Positions 48,341 to 58,877 are shown, numbered from the stretch's first letter. The stretch is 64,000 nucleotides of DNA from an uncultured Clostridia bacterium (GCA_944386365.1 CALXAT010000009.1:1927-65926); one strand, 5' to 3'. The notes: generated by a model from the sequence alone, not told the origin. Program-made: numbers and translations.

Positions 48341-50593
48341 TTAACTCATATTGTTTGGATTTATATCAATCGCAATTCTTGTGTCTTTTATATTTTCTTG
48401 ATATATATCTTTCAAAGAAGTATTCAAAATCTCATTTGCTTCTTCTGTCATTTTTCCTTTTATAATAATTCTCCACCTGTATCGATTTTGAATTTTATCA
48501 ATCGGACAAGGCATTGGTCTTAAAACTTTAAATTCTTCTTTATTTAGTTTCTGCTTTAAATATTGATACATCTTATCTGATACTTTTTTTATCTCTAGCT
48601 CATGATAACTATTAAATCCAATCAATATTATATCGCAAAAAGGTGGATATTTCAACTGTCTTCTTAGTGCAATCTCTGTTTCATAGAATAGGTTATAATT
48701 TTGTTTTTGTGCACAAATAATACTAAAATTATCTGGATTGTATGTTTGAATAATGACTTTTCCTGGTAAATTTTCTCTTCCTGCTCTTCCTGCTACTTGT
48801 GTTAAGATTTGAAAAGTTCTTTCGTTTGCTCGATAATCATCAATGTTTAAGGAACTATCTGCTGCAATAACACCTACCAACGTTACATTTGGAAAATGAT
48901 GTCCTTTTACTACCATTTGTGTTCCTATTAAGATATCAATATTCTCATTTTTAAAGGTATTTAAAATCACTTCATGCGAATTTTTTTTGGTTACGGTATC
49001 AATATCCATTCGGATGGTTGATGCTTCTGGAAATTGTTTATGAATTTCTTGTTCTAATTTTTGTGTTCCTGTTCCAAAATATCGAATCTTATCGCTATGA
49101 CATTCTGGACAAATGGTAACTAAATTTTCTTCATGTCCACAATAATGACACTTTAGTTTTCTTTTATAACTATGGTATGTCATACTAATATTGCAATTCG
49201 GACATTTTACCGTATATCCACAATTTCTACACATGATAAAGGTTGAATATCCTCTTCTATTTAAAAATAAAATCGTCTGCCTTTTTTGTTTTAAATTTTC
49301 TTCTATGCTATTATACAATTCCATACTAAGCATTGAACGATTTCCATTTGCCAATTCTTGTTTTAAATCAATAATTTCTACCTTTGGAAGTGAAGATTGA
49401 TTCGCTCTTTTCGTTAAAGTTAATAATTGTATTTTTGTATTTCCATTTTCATCTTCATTGGTTGCATTATAGAAAGTTGTCATATCTGGTGTCGCACTTC
49501 CTAATACCAAAGGTGCCTTATTTTCCTTTGCTAAAATTTTCGCTATTTCTTTGGCATTGTATCTTGGATTGGTTTCTGATTTATAGGAACTATCATGTTC
49601 TTCATCAATTATAATGATTCCAATGTTTTCAATAGGTGCAAATATGGCAGACCTTGCACCTATTACAATCCTTGCTTTCTTTTCTCGAATTCTTTCCCAT
49701 TCATCATGTCTTTCTCCAATAGATAATTTACTATGTAATATAGCAATATCTTCTTTTCCAAATCGAGAAATAAATCGATCTAACATCTGTGGCGTTAAAG
49801 ATATTTCAGGAACTAAGACAATCGCATTTTTTCCAATATTTAATACTTTCTCAATTAATTGTAAATAGACTTCTGTTTTTCCTGAACCGGTTACACCATA
49901 TAACAAAAATTGTTTGTATTCTTCTTTATCTATTGTTTCTACAACACTTTTAAAAGCATTTTCTTGTTCTTCTGTTAAGCTTAGTTTATCTGTTTTTTCA
50001 CAAACTCTCCCCAATAGTGGATTTCTTTCTACCTTTTTTTCTACAATTTCTAAATATCCATTTTTAACTAAAGTATTCACAATTGCTCTTGAACAATCTG
50101 TAAACATTTCTATCTCTGGTACAGTTGCCCCTTCATTATCTTTTATAAAATTTAATAGTCTTTTTTGCTTTTCTGACTTTATTTTTCCTGTCTCTATTTC
50201 AAATTCAATTTCTTCTATTTCTTTTTTTAAATATACACAATGAATCGTTTTATCTTGAATTCTTTTTTCTTTATTTTTATTTCTTGTACCTGGTGTTAAC
50301 ATTAACTTAATACAATCTGATACATTGCAAAAATATCTCTTTGCCATCCATTTTGCTAACGCAATTTGTTTATTGCTCAAATTTTCTTCCAGCTTTGCTA
50401 TATCTTTTACTTCAAAAGTAGATTTTTCTTTGATTCCTACGACAAATGCTTCTGTTAATTTTCCGCCATTGCCAAAAGGAACTAACACTTTACTTCCTAC
50501 AAGTATTAGTTCTTCTAATTGCTTTGGTATGTTATAGTCAAAGGTTCTATTTAGTTTTTTTGCTCCTCTATTGATAATGACTTCTGCTACCAT
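48341..50593 (-). CDS. priA: primosomal protein N' (PriA helicase)
   Basis: Walker A GVTGSGKTEVY, DEEH box, CxxC zinc-binding region. Confidence 0.9.
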   Translation of the reverse strand: MVAEVIINRGAKKLNRTFDYNIPKQLEELILVGSKVLVPFGNGGKLTEAFVVGIKEKSTFEVKDIAKLEENLSNKQIALAKWMAKRYFCNVSDCIKLMLTPGTRNKNKEKRIQDKTIHCVYLKKEIEEIEFEIETGKIKSEKQKRLLNFIKDNEGATVPEIEMFTDCSRAIVNTLVKNGYLEIVEKKVERNPLLGRVCEKTDKLSLTEEQENAFKSVVETIDKEEYKQFLLYGVTGSGKTEVYLQLIEKVLNIGKNAIVLVPEISLTPQMLDRFISRFGKEDIAILHSKLSIGERHDEWERIREKKARIVIGARSAIFAPIENIGIIIIDEEHDSSYKSETNPRYNAKEIAKILAKENKAPLVLGSATPDMTTFYNATNEDENGNTKIQLLTLTKRANQSSLPKVEIIDLKQELANGNRSMLSMELYNSIEENLKQKRQTILFLNRRGYSTFIMCRNCGYTVKCPNCNISMTYHSYKRKLKCHYCGHEENLVTICPECHSDKIRYFGTGTQKLEQEIHKQFPEASTIRMDIDTVTKKNSHEVILNTFKNENIDILIGTQMVVKGHHFPNVTLVGVIAADSSLNIDDYRANERTFQILTQVAGRAGRENLPGKVIIQTYNPDNFSIICAQKQNYNLFYETEIALRRQLKYPPFCDIILIGFNSYHELEIKKVSDKMYQYLKQKLNKEEFKVLRPMPCPIDKIQNRYRWRIIIKGKMTEEANEILNTSLKDIYQENIKDTRIAIDINPNNMS

Positions 50594-50702
50594 TTTTCTC
50601 TCCTTTTACTAGGACAAGTATATCAGAATTTTTTAGTTTTAACAAGAAAAAAACAAACATTTTTAAATTCAAATGTTTGTTCCTCTTTACATTATTTATC
50701 TA

Positions 50703-51581
50703 CTATTTTTGATATTCCCAAGACATCCAAGCAAAAATTCCTGGTTTCAATTCATCAACCATCAATGATATATGATATTTTTCATCTGCAGGTGCTTCTA
50801 TCACTGTAACTCCTTGCCATCCCCTTTCTATCTGTCCTAATTCTGGAGTATTGCAATCATTCGTACTATATATTGCTTTTGCACTCTCCAAGATTTTCCC
50901 ATCGTATCCAGCTATTAAAGCATATCCCGTTAATCCTGTTTCTTGAATAGTATCATTAACCAGTGCTCTACTCACATCTACTGCTACAATATACCCTATA
51001 TCTCCTTCAATAGAATCAGTTTGTGTGTTTACTAAATACTTGCAAAAATATCCTCCTTTTACACCACCTATATCTAAAGTCTCATTATATTCTAAACCTG
51101 CCAACCATTCATCCATTTCCTGTTCCGTAAAACCATTATCATTGACATATAAATCAAGTACCTCATCTCCTTGATATATATCATAATCTCTTTCTACTGT
51201 ACCTGTTTCTCTAATTTTATAAAAATAATAATCTCCTGACTTTTCTATTACAATCCTACCTATATTTTTATCTGGAACATAATAATAAGCAGCTATATTT
51301 TCCGTAAAATTTTCTTTTTCTAATTCTGATTTAACATTTTCCATAGAATTATTTATAGAAAATTCTTCCTCTGACATATATCTCCCTAATACCGCTATTG
51401 ATAATTGTTCATATATAGTTGCTTCTTCGGTTCTTTCTTTTGCTGTATTGGCTTTTGTTAAAATTCCATTATTTCCTATTAAAGTTGCAATCGTTACACC
51501 TGCTAGAATTAATAAAACGATTATTGTAATCACCAATGCAATTAATGTAATACCTTTACTATTTTTTAAAATTCCTTTCAT
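50703..51581 (-). CDS. prepilin-like N-terminal membrane anchor surface protein, paralog of 15770-16907 with a different C-terminal domain
   Basis: MKGILKNSKGITLIALVITIIVLLILAGVTIATLIGNNGILTKANTAKERTEEAT...; the first ~50 aa are near-identical to the other copy. Confidence 0.5.
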   Translation of the reverse strand: MKGILKNSKGITLIALVITIIVLLILAGVTIATLIGNNGILTKANTAKERTEEATIYEQLSIAVLGRYMSEEEFSINNSMENVKSELEKENFTENIAAYYYVPDKNIGRIVIEKSGDYYFYKIRETGTVERDYDIYQGDEVLDLYVNDNGFTEQEMDEWLAGLEYNETLDIGGVKGGYFCKYLVNTQTDSIEGDIGYIVAVDVSRALVNDTIQETGLTGYALIAGYDGKILESAKAIYSTNDCNTPELGQIERGWQGVTVIEAPADEKYHISLMVDELKPGIFAWMSWEYQK

Positions 51582-51737
51582 TTTTCTCTTTTCTCCTCCT
51601 CATTTGTTATTATTTATTTTTAACATTATTAATATATCAATAAAATTTTCAAAAAAATACCTTACTTTTGTCTGGTATTTTTTAATATTTTTTTGTGGGA
51701 TAATTAATTATATTGATTATTAATTGGAGGAATATAT

Positions 51738-51950
51738 ATGTTTGAAATTACGAAATATAAAAAAAGCAATGTAAAAATTTCTATTAGACTACCTGAAAAT
51801 ATGAATGAAATGTTAAAAAAAATTGCTAAAAAAGAAAATATGAGTTTCAATAATGTTGTTGTTAGTTGTATTCAAAATTCCTTAGATGAAATGGAATTAG
51901 ATAAATATAAAAATGTAGATATCTATAATGATAAGGAGCTAAAAGTTTAA
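51738..51950 (+). CDS. small ribbon-helix-helix (CopG/Arc-like) putative DNA-binding protein
   Basis: ...ISIRLPENMNEMLKKIAKKENMSFNNVVVSCIQNSL...; divergent from the pilin-like gene. Confidence 0.4.
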   Translation: MFEITKYKKSNVKISIRLPENMNEMLKKIAKKENMSFNNVVVSCIQNSLDEMELDKYKNVDIYNDKELKV

Positions 51951-52080
51951 TACATATAAAAAAATTATTATAAAATTAATTAAATTCGATTTCTAAATTG
52001 TAAGAAAAAAGTAAATCTCAGTTATTAAGCAAAGCATACAGGTGTAAAATGAGATTTACTTTTACTTTTACTTTTTCTTT

Positions 52081-53445
52081 TTATTTTTCCTTTATTTTAT
52101 TCTTTTTCTCAATAATAAATAAATTTCTAATACATATTAATATTCCACATAAGAATATCAACATATGTCTATACACAAATATATGATGTAAAATCGTATG
52201 GTTGGCAAGAGCTGTATACCATACAAATGGCATTAAGGATATAATGAAAAATGGTATATTTTCTTTTATGTATTCTGTTCTATTCTTTAATTTGATTTTT
52301 ATTTTATTTATTTTTATTATCCTTACTTCTAACAGTATGATATAAAAGATAAATACATTTTGTATATTGGTAACTAAAAAGATACCTAATTCTGTTAACA
52401 ATTGCAAATCACTACTTGGATTATATCTTTCTGTTCTATAAAGTATCTGCTGTATTGCCGTCTTTATTAAATCTCCATGATATAGTAAATCATATATAAT
52501 CCATTTACTTACCCAGGTTAGTGCATATCCCATAAACCATATGATTGTCGCTTTTAATATAATTTTTACATATTTTTTGCAATCCTGCTCTTTTTTTTGT
52601 TTATCTAATATGTAAATAAATAATGGCATTGCTAACGTGATTAATGGGACGGTTAAATAATCCACAAAATTCGTTATTGCTGCGATTATAAAAAAATACA
52701 TATATATATTCTTAATTTTATCTATTCTTTTTAAAAGAATAATGCAAGATATCATCATAACCAAAAACACTGGACTACTTTCTAGTGAATATGCTACAAA
52801 GAAATAACCTTGCATAATGAGTGCATATCCAAATATAATGGCTATCATAATTCCTAGTTTCTTTTTTAATAAATACATCAAATATATAAATAATAGGATA
52901 AAAATGATTAATAACAGTATCCTGATGCCCATGATATTAAAAAATATCAAAAGCACTCTATATACTGGCATATATCCATGCCAATATCTAGCATAAATAA
53001 TGGATGTATCTATCTTTCCATTCATAAATTCATTTAACTCTCCGACTGGATCATAATTATCTGCACTATTTAATTGTGCCTCTCCATTTTCATCTGCATT
53101 TACTGAGGCTAATTCTCCTAATGTATCTGGTAAGGTTTTTTTAGTTATTTCAGGATTATAGTTTTTTCTCATCGTCATATAGGAATATATTGGGTTTGTA
53201 TTATCTATTGAATATGCTTCATTTATAATGATCGCATCTGTATAATTGTTATTACGTATTGATAAAAATTTTGATAATTCATACGAATTTCCTTCTCGTA
53301 AAAGAATTTTTGCAGAACTCGCTACATTTTTCTCTATTATACTAGATGGAAATAAAGAAGTTATATATAAAACGAAATTAAAAACAATTAATAATATAAT
53401 AAACGCCATTATATATTTCGTAACTTTTTTCAAAAATTTTTTCAT
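52081..53445 (-). CDS. GT-C-type polytopic membrane glycosyltransferase-like protein (ArnT/GtrC/PMT-like)
   Basis: About 12 transmembrane helices; immediately downstream of a GT2 polyprenyl-phosphate glycosyltransferase gene. Confidence 0.45.
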   Translation of the reverse strand: MKKFLKKVTKYIMAFIILLIVFNFVLYITSLFPSSIIEKNVASSAKILLREGNSYELSKFLSIRNNNYTDAIIINEAYSIDNTNPIYSYMTMRKNYNPEITKKTLPDTLGELASVNADENGEAQLNSADNYDPVGELNEFMNGKIDTSIIYARYWHGYMPVYRVLLIFFNIMGIRILLLIIFILLFIYLMYLLKKKLGIMIAIIFGYALIMQGYFFVAYSLESSPVFLVMMISCIILLKRIDKIKNIYMYFFIIAAITNFVDYLTVPLITLAMPLFIYILDKQKKEQDCKKYVKIILKATIIWFMGYALTWVSKWIIYDLLYHGDLIKTAIQQILYRTERYNPSSDLQLLTELGIFLVTNIQNVFIFYIILLEVRIIKINKIKIKLKNRTEYIKENIPFFIISLMPFVWYTALANHTILHHIFVYRHMLIFLCGILICIRNLFIIEKKNKIKEK

Positions 53446-53452
53446 AATTATT

Positions 53453-54163
53453 TTATTCCTTTATTCTATATTTATTTTTATGTATTGCAAGGTTACTAAT
53501 TAATATTACATGTCTAAATCCATCTCTTATTGTTCTCATATGTGATTTTTTTCCTCTTAAATCTTTTCTTAATCTTGTTGGAACTTCTAATATTTTTAAA
53601 TCATTAATTTTGGCTTTTATAATCATTTCAGAAGCATATTCCATACCACCTTGCATTAAATTTAAGTTTTGAATACTTTCCTTATTATATGCTCTTAAAC
53701 CACAATGATAATCTTTAACTGGTGTATGAAAAAAGAAATTAGCAAATATGGATAAAAATCTTCCACCTATTTTATGAGATATTGTCATTGCCCCTTTTTC
53801 TATTCCACCTTTAAATCGATTTCCTACTACTAAACTATATCCATCTCTTAATCCTTTTATAAATTCATCTAAATGACTAAAATCATAACTTCCATCAGAA
53901 TCCCCCATAATGCAATACGTTCCATTTGCATGATTCGTTCCATTGATCAACGTATTTCCATACCCTTTCTTTTCACATACAACTACTCTAATTTGATTAT
54001 TTTCTGCTATTTTCCTACTATTATCTATACTATTATTGTCTGCTAATAATATTTCTGCATCCAAATTATTTTTTTCTATATATTTCTTTATTTCATTGAT
54101 ACAATACTGCAATGTTTTTTCTTCATTTAAACATGGAAGTATAAAAGTAAATTCTTTTTTCAT
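53453..54163 (-). CDS. GT2-family glycosyltransferase (polyprenyl-phosphate sugar transferase, GtrB/ArnC-like)
   Basis: FILPCLNEEKTL... LADNNSIDNS... DxD-like DSDGSYDF. Confidence 0.75.
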   Translation of the reverse strand: MKKEFTFILPCLNEEKTLQYCINEIKKYIEKNNLDAEILLADNNSIDNSRKIAENNQIRVVVCEKKGYGNTLINGTNHANGTYCIMGDSDGSYDFSHLDEFIKGLRDGYSLVVGNRFKGGIEKGAMTISHKIGGRFLSIFANFFFHTPVKDYHCGLRAYNKESIQNLNLMQGGMEYASEMIIKAKINDLKILEVPTRLRKDLRGKKSHMRTIRDGFRHVILISNLAIHKNKYRIKE

Positions 54164-54304
54164 TTATTTCCCCCTATATTTTTTCATTTTATTTATATCA
54201 TACTACTTTTTTTAAATCAACTTTTATTTTCCAATATACTTATAATAAAAACTTTAATTAAAAAAAACGAATACTGATATTTACATCAATATTCGCCTTC
54301 TATG

Positions 54305-55627
54305 TTATGCTGTTTCTTTTTCTTCACTTTCTGGCACTTGTCTTTTTTTCTTACCATTTTGTTGTTTTTGTTTATTGTTATTTACCACAATATCTGGTGC
54401 CTCATTATCTAATATGGTTCTTTTGGTAATAATACATTTTTCAATATTCGGATTTGAAGGAATATCAAACATGATATCTCTCATTCTTTCTTCAATAATT
54501 GAACGTAATCCTCTCGCACCTGTTTTTCTTTCTATTGCTTTATCTACAATAGCACCTAAAGCATCTTCTTCAAATATTAATTCTACACCATCAATTTCAA
54601 ATAATTTTTGATATTGTTTAATTAATGAATTTTTAGGTTCTTTTAGTATTTTTATTAAAGCATCTCTATCCAATTCTTGTAATGTTGCCACAATTGGTAA
54701 TCTTCCTATAAATTCTGGAATCAATCCATATTTTAATAAATCTTGTGGTAACAATTCTTTAAACACTTCATATTGACTAACGTCTTTGGTACTTTCTATT
54801 TTAGAACCAAAACCAATAGATTTCTTTCCTGTTCTGTCTTTTATAATGTTTTCTAATCCTTCAAAAGCACCTCCGCAGATAATCAATATATTTTCTGTAT
54901 TGATTTGGATTAATTCTTGATTTGGATGTTTTCTTCCTCCTTGTGGTGGAACAGATGCTATTGTTCCTTCGATGATTTTTAGTAATGCTTGCTGTACACC
55001 TTCACCACTAACATCTCTTGTAATAGATGGATTTTCTGATTTTCTAGTAATCTTATCAATTTCATCAATATATATAATTCCTTTTTCTGCCTTTTGCACA
55101 TCTCCATCTGCTGCTTGAATTAATTTTAATAAGATATTTTCAACATCTTCTCCAACATATCCAGCTTCTGTAAGGGTAGTGGCATCTGCAATTGCAAATG
55201 GTACATCTAGGATTCTTGCAAGTGTTCTTGCCAATAATGTTTTTCCACAACCTGTTGGTCCTAGTAATAGAATATTACTTTTTTGGATTTCTACATCATC
55301 ATTTTTACTTGCATATTCTTCATGAGCAATTCTTTTATAATGATTATATACCGCAACAGATAATGTTTTTTTAGCATCTTCTTGCCCAATAACATAATCA
55401 TCTAATACTTTTTTTATCTCTCTTGGACTTGGGATATCATTTAATTCATTTAAAGTATATCCCGCTTTATCATCATCATATAATTCAGCTTCTATAATGC
55501 TATTGCAAAGATCCACACATTCATCACAGATGTAAACGCCAGGACCTGCTACAATTTTTCTAACATTTTCTTGTGCCTTACCACAAAATGAACATCTTAC
55601 ACTTTTTGGTACATCATTTTTTGCCAT
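54305..55627 (-). CDS. clpX: ATP-dependent Clp protease ATP-binding subunit ClpX
   Basis: N-terminal C4 zinc finger CSFCGK...CDEC; Walker A GPTGCGKT. Confidence 0.95.
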   Translation of the reverse strand: MAKNDVPKSVRCSFCGKAQENVRKIVAGPGVYICDECVDLCNSIIEAELYDDDKAGYTLNELNDIPSPREIKKVLDDYVIGQEDAKKTLSVAVYNHYKRIAHEEYASKNDDVEIQKSNILLLGPTGCGKTLLARTLARILDVPFAIADATTLTEAGYVGEDVENILLKLIQAADGDVQKAEKGIIYIDEIDKITRKSENPSITRDVSGEGVQQALLKIIEGTIASVPPQGGRKHPNQELIQINTENILIICGGAFEGLENIIKDRTGKKSIGFGSKIESTKDVSQYEVFKELLPQDLLKYGLIPEFIGRLPIVATLQELDRDALIKILKEPKNSLIKQYQKLFEIDGVELIFEEDALGAIVDKAIERKTGARGLRSIIEERMRDIMFDIPSNPNIEKCIITKRTILDNEAPDIVVNNNKQKQQNGKKKRQVPESEEKETA

Positions 55628-55724
55628 TTTATTCTCTCCTTAATTTTAAAATCTCTTATATTATATTAAATTTAATAATTATTATACACTAATTATTTTA
55701 TATTACAATAAAAAGATTTTATAT

Positions 55725-56330
55725 TTATTTTCTTTTGTCCATAATTCCATCAATTAATCCATATTTTAAAGCTTCTTCTGCTGTCATATAATTATCTCTT
55801 TCTGTATCTTTTTCTATTTGTTCAACTGTTTGTCCTGTTCTGTCACTTAAGAATTTTGTTAATTTTTCTCTTGTTTTTACTAAGTGATCTGCATGGATTT
55901 TAATTTCTGTTGCTTGACCTGAAAGTCCGCCACCACCAATTAATGGTTGGTGAATTAAGATTTCTGCATTTGGTGTTGCAAAACGTTTTCCTTTTTCTCC
56001 TGCTGCTAATAATGCTGCTCCCATACTAGCTGCCATTCCAATACAAATGGTTGATACTGGACATTTTATATAATTCATTGTATCAATAATTCCCATTCCA
56101 TCTGTAATAGATCCTCCTGGTGAATTAATGTATAAGTTAATATCTTTATCTGGATCTTCTGATTCCAAGAATAATAATTGTGCAATAACTAAACTTGCTG
56201 TTGTTGGATTTACATCTTCTCCTAAGAATATAATTCTATCTTTTAATAATCTTGAGAAAATATCATATGATCTTTCTCCTTTACTTGTTTGTTCTATAAC
56301 ATAAGGTACTAAACTTGCTTTTTCTAACAT
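55725..56330 (-). CDS. clpP: ATP-dependent Clp protease proteolytic subunit
   Basis: Catalytic GMAASMGA context; 201 aa. Confidence 0.95.
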   Translation of the reverse strand: MLEKASLVPYVIEQTSKGERSYDIFSRLLKDRIIFLGEDVNPTTASLVIAQLLFLESEDPDKDINLYINSPGGSITDGMGIIDTMNYIKCPVSTICIGMAASMGAALLAAGEKGKRFATPNAEILIHQPLIGGGGLSGQATEIKIHADHLVKTREKLTKFLSDRTGQTVEQIEKDTERDNYMTAEEALKYGLIDGIMDKRK

Positions 56331-56391
56331 ATTAAATTCCTCCTTTAAATCCTTGTTTTTGACAATTATATTTACTATATGCTACCTAAAT

Positions 56392-56446
56392 CTAATTGTC
56401 AAAAAAGCTGGGGTTAAAATTTAACTATTACATTTAACACCCCAAC
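56392..56446 (-). terminator. tig terminator (GGGGU.../...ACCCC hairpin plus U-run)
   Basis: GC-containing stem between tig and the clpP promoter. Confidence 0.5.
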
Positions 56447-56464
56447 CTTTCTTTATTTGTTGTT

Positions 56465-57751
56465 TTATTTTATTTTTGCATTTTTTACTAAAAATTCAAT
56501 TGCTTTTTCTGATTCTAATCCTTGTTTAATATAGTTTCTTACATTTTCATTGTTTAAGAATTCTTCATCATTTTCTTTTCCATAATTTTTAGCCATTTCT
56601 TTCATTTTTTCATCTATATCGATGTCTGCTACCTCTATTTTTTCAGCTTTTATAACTGCTTCTAATGCTAAACGAGATTTGATTGCTTCAATTGCTTGAG
56701 GCTCATATTCTTTTTGCATTTCTTCTCTTGTTTTTCCCATCATTTGAAGATATTGATCCAATTTTAATCCTTGATATGCCAATCTTTGTTCCATATCTTT
56801 TAGCATATTTTCTGTTTCTGTCTCAACCATTCCTGATGGAATATCCACTTTTATATTTTCGCATACAGCTTTGATAACAGCATCTTGTGTTTCATATTTT
56901 GCTCTTTCATCATTTTGTTCTTGTTGTTTCTTTTTGATACTTTCTTTTAATTCTTTTAATGTATCAAATTCGCTAACATCTTTTGCAAATTCATCATCTA
57001 ATTTTGGTAATTCTTTTTTCTTGATTTCATTTACTTTTACTTTAAATGTAGCATCTTTTCCAGCTAAATCTTTTGAAAAATATTCTTCTGGGAATTTTAC
57101 CTTTATATCTTTTTCTTCATCAATTTTCATTCCAATGATTTGATCTTCAAATCCTGGTATGAATGTGTTACTTCCTATTTCTAAATCATGATTTTCTGCT
57201 TTTCCACCTTCAAAAGCAACACCATCTACAAATCCTTCAAAATTAATATTCGCAATATCTCCCTTTTCTACTGGTCTATCTTCTACAGATATTAATCTTG
57301 AATTATGTTCTTGCATATGTGCTAATTCATGTTCTACATCTTCATCTGTTACTTTATATTCAATTTTTTTGATTTCTACCCCTTTATATTTTCCAAGTTC
57401 AGCTTCTGGTTTTGTCTGAAATACAGCTGTAAAAATCAAGTCTTGTCCTTGTCCTATTTGTTTTACTTCTATATCTGGTCTACTAACAACTTCTAATTTA
57501 TTTTCTTCTACTACTTTTTCTAATTCTTCTGGAACGACTTCATTAAAAGCATCTTCGTAAAATATTTCTTTACCATAATATTTTTCAACAATATTCATTG
57601 GTGCTTTACCTTTTCTGAAACCTGGTATATTAAAATATTTTGCACTTTTAAAATATACTTTTTTAATAGCCTCATCAAATTTTTCAGCTTCTATTGTTAC
57701 ATTTAATTTTACTTCATTTGCATTTTTTGTTTTTTCTACTTTACATTCCAT
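56465..57751 (-). CDS. tig: trigger factor
   Basis: 428 aa with ribosome-binding signature GFRKGKAP. Confidence 0.9.
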   Translation of the reverse strand: MECKVEKTKNANEVKLNVTIEAEKFDEAIKKVYFKSAKYFNIPGFRKGKAPMNIVEKYYGKEIFYEDAFNEVVPEELEKVVEENKLEVVSRPDIEVKQIGQGQDLIFTAVFQTKPEAELGKYKGVEIKKIEYKVTDEDVEHELAHMQEHNSRLISVEDRPVEKGDIANINFEGFVDGVAFEGGKAENHDLEIGSNTFIPGFEDQIIGMKIDEEKDIKVKFPEEYFSKDLAGKDATFKVKVNEIKKKELPKLDDEFAKDVSEFDTLKELKESIKKKQQEQNDERAKYETQDAVIKAVCENIKVDIPSGMVETETENMLKDMEQRLAYQGLKLDQYLQMMGKTREEMQKEYEPQAIEAIKSRLALEAVIKAEKIEVADIDIDEKMKEMAKNYGKENDEEFLNNENVRNYIKQGLESEKAIEFLVKNAKIK

Positions 57752-57918
57752 CTTTATTCAATCCTTTCTTTAATCATATAGCTTAATTATTATACCACAT
57801 TTTTCCTAATTTGCAAGGATTTTTAAATATTTTTTGAAAAATACTTGTTTTTTTCATACTTTTGTGTTAAACTTGTTAATAGTCAGTTTATTTTAAAAAT
57901 TAGGAGGTGCAATTCAGA

Positions 57919-58116
57919 ATGGCTAAATGTGCAATATGTGAAAAATCAGTTAATCACGGAAATAAACTTAGCATTACACGTTCTCACATCAGTAAAAGAT
58001 CACCACGTACATGGAAACCAAATTTAAGAAGTGTTAAAGTTACAGAAAATGGTGAAACAAAAAGAATTTATGTATGTGCTAAATGTTTAAGAGATGGAAA
58101 AGTAAAGAGAGCATAA
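57919..58116 (+). CDS. rpmB: 50S ribosomal protein L28 (zinc-ribbon form)
   Basis: RBS GGAGGTG then ATG; MAKCAICEKS...YVCAKCLRDGKV with 4 Cys. Confidence 0.85.
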   Translation: MAKCAICEKSVNHGNKLSITRSHISKRSPRTWKPNLRSVKVTENGETKRIYVCAKCLRDGKVKRA

Positions 58117-58140
58117 GCTCTTTTTTTGATATAAGAAAAA

Positions 58141-58165
58141 AGACCGCAATTTCTGCGGTCTTTTT
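58141..58165 (+). terminator. GACCGCA/TGCGGTC hairpin plus T5
   Basis: Immediately after rpmB. Confidence 0.65.
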
Positions 58166-58169
58166 CATG

Positions 58170-58493
58170 TTACTTAATATGTTGGATATCTTTCTCCGAG
58201 CGAATCGCCCCTTGCGGTGTCTTGCTAGCCGGCACATACCGGTCTGGCAATATAATCGCAAAATGCCGAGATACATACTTTTCACCTGTTTTCTCATCTA
58301 TTGGCGTAATTGTTTTTAAATACCTTACGGTTGTCAACTGATTTTTATGTTGTGTCTCGAAATATATGCAATCTGTCTTTTCATCATATCCCGCCTTTTT
58401 CAAGACTTCATAAGCCAATTGTGTATTTTGCGGGAATGCCGCATCAATTTCTACTCCTTCTTTAATCTGCTCTGAAATTTTTTCATCACACAT
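58170..58493 (-). CDS. hypothetical protein (107 aa); 3' half is strongly GC-enriched relative to the genome
   Basis: ORF with the start MCDEKISEQIK; no recognisable motifs; region 58170-58330 looks to be about 45-48% GC. Confidence 0.35.
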   Translation of the reverse strand: MCDEKISEQIKEGVEIDAAFPQNTQLAYEVLKKAGYDEKTDCIYFETQHKNQLTTVRYLKTITPIDEKTGEKYVSRHFAIILPDRYVPASKTPQGAIRSEKDIQHIK

Positions 58494-58622
58494 AGTAACT
58501 CCTCCTATATACTCTTTTGTATAACAGATTTTTCTGTTATCTTATTTATTATATCACTTTTTATATGTGTTCTCAAATTTTATGTCAATTTTTTTTACTT
58601 TCTTGCCTATTTATTATACAAC

Positions 58623-58706
58623 CTATTCATTTTTATCTTTAATTCCAAATATTAGTTTTACAAAACCTCTTAAAAATTTTGGAACTTTTTTAACTACAAT
58701 TGTCAT
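58623..58706 (-). CDS. tiny ORF (27 aa, basic): MTIVVKKVPKFLRGFVKLIFGIKDKNE
   Basis: Strong RBS GGAGGG 8 nt upstream of the ATG; 21 nt after the preceding tiny ORF. Confidence 0.3.
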   Translation of the reverse strand: MTIVVKKVPKFLRGFVKLIFGIKDKNE

Positions 58707-58727
58707 ATATGTATCCCTCCTTTTATA

Positions 58728-58877
58728 TTAGCATGCTAGCCACATAAATCCAACGCACACTACTATTAGACCTATTATAAATAACCACCCAGTCATAGGA
58801 AGTAATAAAACTAATAATATACCTAATCCCAAACCTATAAGACAAATAGCTAATGTCTTTCTGAATAATTTTATCAT
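58728..58877 (-). CDS. tiny ORF (49 aa, two transmembrane-like segments): MIKLFRKTLAICLIGLGLGILLVLLLPMTGWLFIIGLIVVCVGFMWLAC
   Basis: RBS GGAGGTAATAAG then ATG. Confidence 0.35.
   Translation of the reverse strand: MIKLFRKTLAICLIGLGLGILLVLLLPMTGWLFIIGLIVVCVGFMWLAC

Noticed and set aside
56381-56393. A CtsR operator at clpP
   Set aside because: Only single GTCAAA heptad-like matches in inverted orientation are present. The tandem GGTCAAA-NAN-GGTCAAA consensus is not. It is reported as a generic palindromic operator candidate instead.
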